Source of the DNA: Minisyncoccota bacterium
GTDB taxonomy: Bacteria > Patescibacteriota > Minisyncoccia > Phycocordibacterales > Phycocordibacteraceae
Assembly (NCBI GenBank): GCA_036517735.1
Contig: DATDUD010000048.1
Coordinates: 3,559-67,558 of the forward strand
Length of the DNA: 64,000 nucleotides
Direction: 5' to 3'
Position numbers and translations under genes: made by a program. This document shows positions 57,664 through 64,000 of the stretch, in pieces. Numbering within the stretch: the first letter of the stretch is position 1; every line of letters begins with the position of its first letter. Below the pieces are notes generated by a model. The model did no database searches. It was given only the letters and a program-made list of their open reading frames with translations, and was not told the DNA's origin.

Positions 57664-57903
57664 TTACTGACGCACTAGCTGCAGCTCTGAATAGAGAAGA
57701 ACCTTCTCCCTTTGATTGACTAGAGCAACTAGATTTAAGAGAGCTTCCAAGAGAGCCTCTCTTTCTCCATCTGAGTGGTGAACGTTTTTTCTGTTGAGAA
57801 TGATGTCTTTCATTCTCCGTCTTTCACTAGGTGTTAGAACCATACATATGTTGGCTCTGTGTTCAGCTATAAAAATAGCTGACGCACAAAAGCGATTAGC
57901 CAA
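57664..57903 (-). CDS. Hypothetical small protein (start uncertain)
   Basis: ORF co-oriented with 57436-57651. Confidence 0.4.
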   Translation of the reverse strand: MANRFCASAIFIAEHRANICMVLTPSERRRMKDIILNRKNVHHSDGEREALLEALLNLVALVNQREKVLLYSELQLVRQ

Positions 57904-58254
57904 CCCAACTAACCACGAATTGAGGTTGGAATTCTAATCACTTTTAAGCATCAGCAAACTTTGTTTTCTATCAGCTGCTTCCATTCATTCGTTAGCCCTC
58001 GGTAGCAAGTTCAGCGTAATCACAGCTGATAGGCGACGCAGAGGTACCATTCGCAAAAGCTTTTCCCTCTCTGTCAAAAAGTGTGGTTATTTCCGTCGTA
58101 CAGGTTCCCCCGCACGACCTAAGAACATCGTACAAGATTCCTGAATTGCTGCAAGCTCTTTACTTTTCCATACCTAAAGAAACACGGTAAACTAGGCATG
58201 ACCTAAACCAGTGGCTTTAGCTGCGGCATGGTCACTAAAATTCGCTGGACATAG

Positions 58255-58335
58255 AAATCCCGTCATCAGGGCGTGTCCAGCGTTATAGGGGGAAACTCCT
58301 ATAGGGGTCGCAAGATCCTACTGGTGGCGGGATTT
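58255..58335 (+). ncRNA. C4/CI-like cloverleaf antisense RNA
   Basis: 15-bp closing stem, GAAA and GCAA hairpins, exposed GTGTCCAG complementary to five CTGGACAT sites. Confidence 0.6.
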
Positions 58336-58346
58336 GTGTCAGCGCC

Positions 58347-59046
58347 ACTGGACATTAAAAATCTAAAGCACACTGGACATGCTTTATTTCATTGCGCTGG
58401 GGACAGCAATAGTGGGACTTGTAGTTGGAATATTTGCACCTCCACTCGTGAGGGAGATGCTGACAACACAAGAACCAGTAGCGACAGTCGTACAGCAAGC
58501 AGCGTCAAGCGAAGAAACGGGAACCTCAATTTTGCAGCCGATAATTCTGAGCCAACCTCTCAACACGCCAGCAGCCTCCGTTCAACAAACAGGAAACATC
58601 GAGCTTAAGATTGCTCGCTGCGAAGCAGAGAAAGACCAAGCGCACAGCACTGCCTTACAACAGATAAACCAAGCAGCTGACCAACGATTGAAAGAAGTCT
58701 TTGCTTCTTTAGAGAAGCAGTATCAGGATGCCGTAGAGGATATATTCGCTGCCGTAGGTGTAGATCGCATTAGTGGGGACTACTCTTTGTCAGGGTTCGA
58801 TAAGTCGCTTCTACTATCAGAGTCAAATTACGACGCGACCAGACAGGCCGAAGCCTTATACAAAAATCAGCAGACATTCTGGCTCAATCAAAAAGCCGAG
58901 ATTGAGGCAAGTAGAAAGTCGGCAACAGACAAGCTGGACGTACGCCTGAGCGAAGAATACAACACGTGCCTCGGCAGTTAGTGGCGACGGAATTTGTATC
59001 AGCTCAACTGGACATTAAAAATCTAAAGCACACTGGACATGCTTTA
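58347..59046 (+). repeat. 40-bp exact direct repeat (58347-58386, 59007-59046) spanning two start codons
   Basis: ACTGGACATTAAAAATCTAAAGCACACTGGACATGCTTTA x2. Confidence 0.95.
58379..58981 (+). CDS. Membrane-anchored helical/coiled-coil protein
   Basis: N-terminal TM, Gln/Ala-rich, two Cys. Confidence 0.7.
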   Translation: MLYFIALGTAIVGLVVGIFAPPLVREMLTTQEPVATVVQQAASSEETGTSILQPIILSQPLNTPAASVQQTGNIELKIARCEAEKDQAHSTALQQINQAADQRLKEVFASLEKQYQDAVEDIFAAVGVDRISGDYSLSGFDKSLLLSESNYDATRQAEALYKNQQTFWLNQKAEIEASRKSATDKLDVRLSEEYNTCLGS

Positions 59047-59200
59047 CCTCATGCTGGGAGCGATAATTTTCTTGCTCTCATTCTGTGCGGCTGGAAGTGT
59101 TGCAGCGGAGGAAGAAAAAGGAGCGGCCATAATTCTTGCCTTCTTGATAAACATCGTCATAGCAGTCCTGCTTGCTGTGGCGTATTTCTTTTTTCTTTAA
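59039..59200 (+). CDS. Small 2-TM protein (53 aa)
   Basis: MLYLMLGAIIFLLSFCAAGSVAAEEEKGAAIILAFLINIVIAVLLAVAYFFFL; start within the second repeat. Confidence 0.6.
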   Translation: MLYLMLGAIIFLLSFCAAGSVAAEEEKGAAIILAFLINIVIAVLLAVAYFFFL

Positions 59201-59387
59201 GACCGAGTGTGATTAAACTGATTTATTTATCAGTAAATCAGTTTCCACACTGGATACTAAGTACACAAATCAGCTGTATCGTTAAGGCTTTATAAGCTTG
59301 ACTACTAACTTGAGGGATGGGATTCGCATATTCAGGATATATTTATTCGAAATCCCTTCATGAAGAGAAAGTGATATAATCCAGCCT

Positions 59388-61295
59388 ATGAAACTGGACC
59401 GCGTTTCAATAAAGAACTACCGTTCAATTAAAGAGCTGGATCTCAATTTCGATCCCGCCTGTAAAGTCTTGGTCGGAATTAATGAATCCGGGAAGTCCAA
59501 CATACTCCGTGCACTCGAGCTTCTAGATACAACTGTACAACCTACGAAGAAAGACCTGAGAGATCCTGTCAAAAGTGAGAAGCAGCCTACAGAGGCATAC
59601 GTACGGTTTATCTTCAAATTTGGCGCCAAAGAAACTGCTGAGATTTTTGGAATCTTAAAGCCAAAGGTTCTCGCTGCAAAGATTACTGAGCCAATAATCA
59701 ACTGGCGCTCGAGGGATCTTTCGCTTGAGGAGTTTTGTACTGGCCGTGAGGGTCTTTACATAACTAACCTCATGAACTCCACCAAGCATTTCTCCGTATG
59801 GACTCTGGTAGGCGGCAAGATACTCGGCTCATGGAAGTCTGTTGCAGAAGCATGCCCTGCCGATTTTACAGTCAGTAACTCGAAGGGTGAAGTTATAAAA
59901 CTCAAAGAGTTTACTATCGTCAACATTGCCGACTTCAAGGATATTCCTACGGAGTATATTCAGGACTTAGAGCCTGAAGATTTGAATGACTTTGTTGGTG
60001 ATGCAATACGACAAGGAGTTGAAGACAATCTGCCCTCCGTACTGTTCTGGGATTACAACGACTCAAAGCTTCTTCCGCCCAAGATAAACCTCAAGCAGTT
60101 TTGTGACAATCCAGATGTATGTATCCCGTTAAAACGGATGTTTAACCTCAATGGTATCTGGACTATAAAGAAAGAAGTTGAAGCAGCTCAGCAAGGGAAC
60201 GCCAATACTCTGCGGAATCTGTTGAGACGTATTGCAGATACTACAACCAAGCACTTTCATAAAACATGGAAAGAGTACGATGACATTAAGTTCTCGCTAG
60301 CAGTGGACGGTGACGATATAGCAGCCACAATTGAGGACAAATCCAACCATTACGAACTCTCTCAAAGAAGCGACGGCTTCAAGCGATTTGTAACATTCCT
60401 CTTACTCGTTTCTGCTGAAGCAGAGACAGAAATTCTCCAAGATACCTTGTTGCTTATAGATGAGCCAGAAATTGGCCTTCATCCAACTGGTACAAGATAC
60501 CTGAGAGACGAACTTATAAAAATCTCAAAGGACAATCAGGTGGTCTTCAGTACCCACTCCATATTCATGATTGATAATCGCCTAGTGCGCAGACACTTGA
60601 TAGTTAAGAAGGAGAACGAAATCACTCAGGTAGAAGAAGTCTCTGAGTCAAACATCCAGGACGAAGAGGTCATATATAAATCCCTTGGCTACTCCATATT
60701 TTCAAACCTTAAGGAGAAAAATCTTATCTTTGAAGGATGGCGAGATAAGAAGCTCTTTGAGGTTGCAATGACAAGAGTCCCTGCTACGCACTCACAGATT
60801 AAGGTTCCACTCAAGGCAACCGGTCATTGTTTCTCTCAAGGAGTTAAACAAATTGAGAATATCACTCCGCTATTTGAAGCAGGCGAACGCATGTGCCTCA
60901 TTCTGAGTGATAACGATGCAATGGCACAGGAGAAACAAAAGAGGTATCGAGCTGAGAAAGGATACGGGGTATGGCGCAGATACGACGAAGTTGTTGCTGG
61001 CTCTGCAGCAACAACTGGGGAGGACTTTATAAAAGAGGCTGCGTTTGCAGCAGAAGTCGTAAAGCTTCAAACCAAACATTCACTTGCTACAGGACCAACT
61101 CTTACAGATTCCAAGGGGAAGATCTATGCTATCAAGCAGTGGCTGTCTTCTAACGGAGTTGCAAAAGATGACGTAGATACGGCAATTACGGAAGTTAAAG
61201 AAGAAATCTTTAGCAATCTTAAGTTAGCTGATATTGAGCCTGCCTACTACGACTATTTGGCTGGTGTAGCAAAGGAGGTAGAAGCTCTTAAATAA
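59388..61295 (+). CDS. OLD-family ABC ATPase-TOPRIM nuclease
   Basis: GINESGKS, RSDGF, LIDEPE, STHS; TOPRIM FEGWRD and SDND. Confidence 0.85.
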   Translation: MKLDRVSIKNYRSIKELDLNFDPACKVLVGINESGKSNILRALELLDTTVQPTKKDLRDPVKSEKQPTEAYVRFIFKFGAKETAEIFGILKPKVLAAKITEPIINWRSRDLSLEEFCTGREGLYITNLMNSTKHFSVWTLVGGKILGSWKSVAEACPADFTVSNSKGEVIKLKEFTIVNIADFKDIPTEYIQDLEPEDLNDFVGDAIRQGVEDNLPSVLFWDYNDSKLLPPKINLKQFCDNPDVCIPLKRMFNLNGIWTIKKEVEAAQQGNANTLRNLLRRIADTTTKHFHKTWKEYDDIKFSLAVDGDDIAATIEDKSNHYELSQRSDGFKRFVTFLLLVSAEAETEILQDTLLLIDEPEIGLHPTGTRYLRDELIKISKDNQVVFSTHSIFMIDNRLVRRHLIVKKENEITQVEEVSESNIQDEEVIYKSLGYSIFSNLKEKNLIFEGWRDKKLFEVAMTRVPATHSQIKVPLKATGHCFSQGVKQIENITPLFEAGERMCLILSDNDAMAQEKQKRYRAEKGYGVWRRYDEVVAGSAATTGEDFIKEAAFAAEVVKLQTKHSLATGPTLTDSKGKIYAIKQWLSSNGVAKDDVDTAITEVKEEIFSNLKLADIEPAYYDYLAGVAKEVEALK

Positions 61296-61297
61296 AT

Positions 61298-61819
61298 ATG
61301 AATACAAAAGAAATACCCGTTTGGCTCATAGTACTTATTACAGCCTTAGTTGCTGGAGGTGCTGTATATCTTCTTACGGGCAAAGACCAGTCCGCGCCCT
61401 CACTCACTGTTGAAAACTCAATAGCTGAAGCTACAGCTAGTTCAAGAGAGTACGCAGTGATGGGAAGAGAATTATGGAGCGCGTTTTCATGTTCTTCCTG
61501 GGCATCCATACTGGAAGATGAAGTCGAGCAAGGGCGACTATTTATGTATGGGTATTCTCAAGGGCAAGAGTTCTTAAAGGCAGTCGAGGCAAACAAAATA
61601 TCATCAGAGGACTTTGGACAAGAAGTTCCAATTGGAGTATCTCTATCTCTTCAGGGACCAACCCATGAGTTCATACTTGGCCAGCTATTTGCATTTGCTC
61701 AAGATAGTGCTTTAGATGAGGTCTTCACAACCAACGGTGAGTACAATTCTACAGACATGCAAAAGATTATTGCTCAGAATAAGTTCACAGATAGCAATTG
61801 TGAACTTATTGGTGAATAG
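61298..61819 (+). CDS. Hypothetical membrane-anchored/exported protein
   Basis: N-terminal TM; 2 nt after the OLD stop. Confidence 0.7.
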   Translation: MNTKEIPVWLIVLITALVAGGAVYLLTGKDQSAPSLTVENSIAEATASSREYAVMGRELWSAFSCSSWASILEDEVEQGRLFMYGYSQGQEFLKAVEANKISSEDFGQEVPIGVSLSLQGPTHEFILGQLFAFAQDSALDEVFTTNGEYNSTDMQKIIAQNKFTDSNCELIGE

Positions 61820-62544
61820 AGGGTTTTAACTCCATCAAGGGAGTATTCCTTGTACTCGTTGAGACACAAAGAATCCCTGCTTTTGGAAGCTAGAGAACTT
61901 ACTCGCTACACGACTGAGTTCTTGAAGACTCTCAATCAAGGGTTTTGAGTTCCGGATCGTTAAGGTCACCAATTAGAGAGCTAGTTCGAGCACTCGAGAA
62001 GGCTCGGATTTAGAGGAAAAGAGTAGGTCTGTACAAGATCTACTCTTTTCGCATTATGTATGTGCATCAGGGGGCCAAGAACTCTGCTCGGCTACAAGCT
62101 CCTTTTTATACATTGCACCTCTTTCATTAGGCAAACTGTCGCGTCGCTTCGGAACGGCGACGGACAATTGCGGAGTATGTTTTCCATACAGGCATACTTG
62201 TTCTACGTTCGCTCATGTTGAATTTTGAAACTACGTACTCACATTTACGATAATATGGCTATAAATAAGGAGTTAAATAATAAATAACTGAAAATGAAAA
62301 GGAACAAAACCTAATCAAGAACAAGATACGTTCGTGGAGTTTCACCTCCGCCCGTTTGCTGGTCTGTTCCATTTCCGTACTTTGGGCTCCAAAACGTCGG
62401 CTACATGCTTAAATATGCTTAAATTCTCGTTTTCTCCTCTAAAAGTTGCGCTGTACTGCTGACATTGTTATTTACTGAGGATGTACTTGCGCCTTAAAAG
62501 CATTTCTGTATAATAAAGATGTAACCCATTAACCATTTTCATAT

Positions 62545-62940
62545 ATGAACACAACACCTAACCCTCTCGATGCACTTCTTACCGATGATGCAGCAACAAA
62601 CCGCGAACAGTTGGCAGCGTTGGTTGGACCATTCGTAAAAATTGTAAAGGACTCAAAGGAGTTTGAATTTCTCCCCGCTTTCTCAAAGCTCGATAACAGC
62701 TCAAAAGTAGAAATCATGTTGGCCGCTAGTAAGGCTCGCGCACTTCTCTTTGATGAAACCGACGGCCTTGCCCCTTCCGAAATCATCGCGACGCAGGTGA
62801 TGACTGAGGGTTCAACAAAATCAGCGATCAAAAGTCTTTTTGATGGACGCAAGATCAAGAAGAACAAGGAAGGTAAAAAATACATTTTGCCACCCTACCG
62901 TATTCCCGAGCTTGTTGAAAAATTTATCAAAAGTAACTAA
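62545..62940 (+). CDS. Hypothetical protein, possible winged HTH
   Basis: LAPSEII....MTEGSTKSAIKSL..G.I.K...K.Y; TTGCGC-17-TATAAT upstream. Confidence 0.65.
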   Translation: MNTTPNPLDALLTDDAATNREQLAALVGPFVKIVKDSKEFEFLPAFSKLDNSSKVEIMLAASKARALLFDETDGLAPSEIIATQVMTEGSTKSAIKSLFDGRKIKKNKEGKKYILPPYRIPELVEKFIKSN

Positions 62941-62949
62941 TACACACCC

Positions 62950-63327
62950 ATGGAAACAAATGAACAACGTATATCTGCATTGGAATCCCGCGTAAAAACA
63001 CTTGAGGCACTGATTCTTAATGCCGATGCTCCCACAGTAAACGTAAGTAGGAAGGAAAAGACCCTTCGAGAAATCATAAAAGGAAAGAAATTTAATGGGC
63101 AGGAGCAGGTTGCTGCTATCGTTGGTTATCACGAAAAGATTCTCGGTCAGGCTGTTCACAAAAATGAGATCAAAAATGCATGGCAGGAAGCAAAAATGAA
63201 TGGAAAGTACGCAGCCATCTATCTGACCCGAGCGCAAAAAGACGCACTTGTACGTATTCTTGCTGATGACACATGTGACCTTACTCAAACTGGAGAAGAT
63301 TTTTTTGACGGATTACTAACTAATTAA
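62950..63327 (+). CDS. Hypothetical protein, short coiled coil plus possible winged HTH
   Basis: RISALESRVKTLE; LTRA..DALV...LTQTGE. Confidence 0.65.
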   Translation: METNEQRISALESRVKTLEALILNADAPTVNVSRKEKTLREIIKGKKFNGQEQVAAIVGYHEKILGQAVHKNEIKNAWQEAKMNGKYAAIYLTRAQKDALVRILADDTCDLTQTGEDFFDGLLTN

Positions 63328-63334
63328 AATTGAT

Positions 63335-63925
63335 ATGGAATCAAAAGAAATAAAAAAGAACATTTCCTTGGCGCTCGAGGCTGTCGAAGAGATGCAGGAC
63401 AAAGAACTGAAGGCTGTTGCTTTCGGTGTTGTGCTTGAACAGATGCTTATAACATCACTTCCAGATCAGAATAAGGTCCATACTCCAAGAGAAGCGCCCC
63501 CAAGAAATGATGCTTCTCCGAGCTTGTCACCGACCGTTAGGATGTCTCCGGCTTTGAGTTCCTTGCCTATTACACAGGAGCAACTATCAGAAATTTATGA
63601 GGTGAATGGTGATGAGCTCAGATTGCGAGTAAAGGTAAATGATGTGAAGAATTCAGAGCAGCAACGGAAACTTGCGCAAGCTATGCTTTTTGGCTACAAA
63701 GTGCTCCTTGATGAAAAGGACGTAAAGGGCTCAAAATTGCTTATGACTGCAAAAGAATGGGATATCCCCACTGATCATTTCGTGAAGAACATCAAGGGTA
63801 ATAAGAAGAATCCAAATAAGTACGTAGATATCCGAAATACTGGCAAAGGAAAAGATCCAATCTTTTCTCTTAGACCAGGAGCTCTCAATAAACTGGTAGA
63901 CGAAGTGAAAGCACTCGCTTCCTAG
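63335..63925 (+). CDS. Hypothetical protein
   Basis: 196-aa ORF in the same operon; ELKAVAFGVVL N-terminal helix. Confidence 0.65.
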   Translation: MESKEIKKNISLALEAVEEMQDKELKAVAFGVVLEQMLITSLPDQNKVHTPREAPPRNDASPSLSPTVRMSPALSSLPITQEQLSEIYEVNGDELRLRVKVNDVKNSEQQRKLAQAMLFGYKVLLDEKDVKGSKLLMTAKEWDIPTDHFVKNIKGNKKNPNKYVDIRNTGKGKDPIFSLRPGALNKLVDEVKALAS

Positions 63926-63933
63926 CTTTTACT

Positions 63934-64000
63934 ATGAATCCTCTAGTACAACACCTAAAGAATCTGCCGAATGATCTAGTTACCGCACTACAGACGGAAT
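63934..64000 (+). CDS. Partial ORF running off window
   Basis: MNPLVQHLKNLPNDLVTALQTE..., 8 nt after the previous stop. Confidence 0.55.
   Translation, partial: MNPLVQHLKNLPNDLVTALQTE

Larger units (their letters stand above)
55800..64000. mobile_element. tRNA-Glu-integrated genomic island (right end outside window)
   Basis: Recombinase at tRNA 3' end, visibly lower GC, ORFans and a defence-type nuclease; no attR copy seen. Confidence 0.75.

Noticed and set aside
58347-59046. Integron attC cassettes or DGR template/variable repeats
   Set aside because: No attC palindrome, IntI or reverse transcriptase; the repeat core is exact, with no adenine-specific variation.
62243-62280. dif/Xer site
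   Set aside because: The XerD arm and spacing do not match the consensus.
61820-62487. Scattered hairpins in the island intergenic region
   Set aside because: No coherent motif, ORF or repeat could be supported by eye.

Overview
This 64-kb window is bacterial chromosomal DNA. Its gene content and style (compact core genes, a tandem VirB2/TrbC-like pilin array, no biosynthetic operons, many near-leaderless genes) suggest a Patescibacteria/CPR (Parcubacteria-like) genome; the taxonomy is inference. Bases 1 to about 55,800 are mostly housekeeping: clpB, iscS, infB, rbfA, gyrA, rpsA, pth, lepB, ftsA/Z, tsaD, valS, cysS, dnaB, recR, ribosomal proteins and 9 tRNAs. From tRNA-Glu(CTC) at 55,728 a lower-GC island begins, with a large serine recombinase, a C4/CI-like antisense RNA module, an OLD-family nuclease and small ORFans; it appears to run off the window. 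The strongest novel signal is at two independent orphan PemK/MazF genes (20.7 kb and 42.2 kb). Neither has a protein antitoxin. Each is followed by a convergent sigma70 promoter whose predicted start falls on the first unit of a two-unit tandem array of double-hairpin RNA, which makes this a candidate RNA-antitoxin (type III-like) system with an unusual tail-to-tail layout. Other highlights are an HNH intein resembling the Synechocystis GyrB intein but sitting in GyrA at GNFG|S, an unannotated ~185-nt structured RNA at 40.17-40.35 kb, and a free-standing LAGLIDADG gene between tRNAs. All calls were made by eye, with no database searches.
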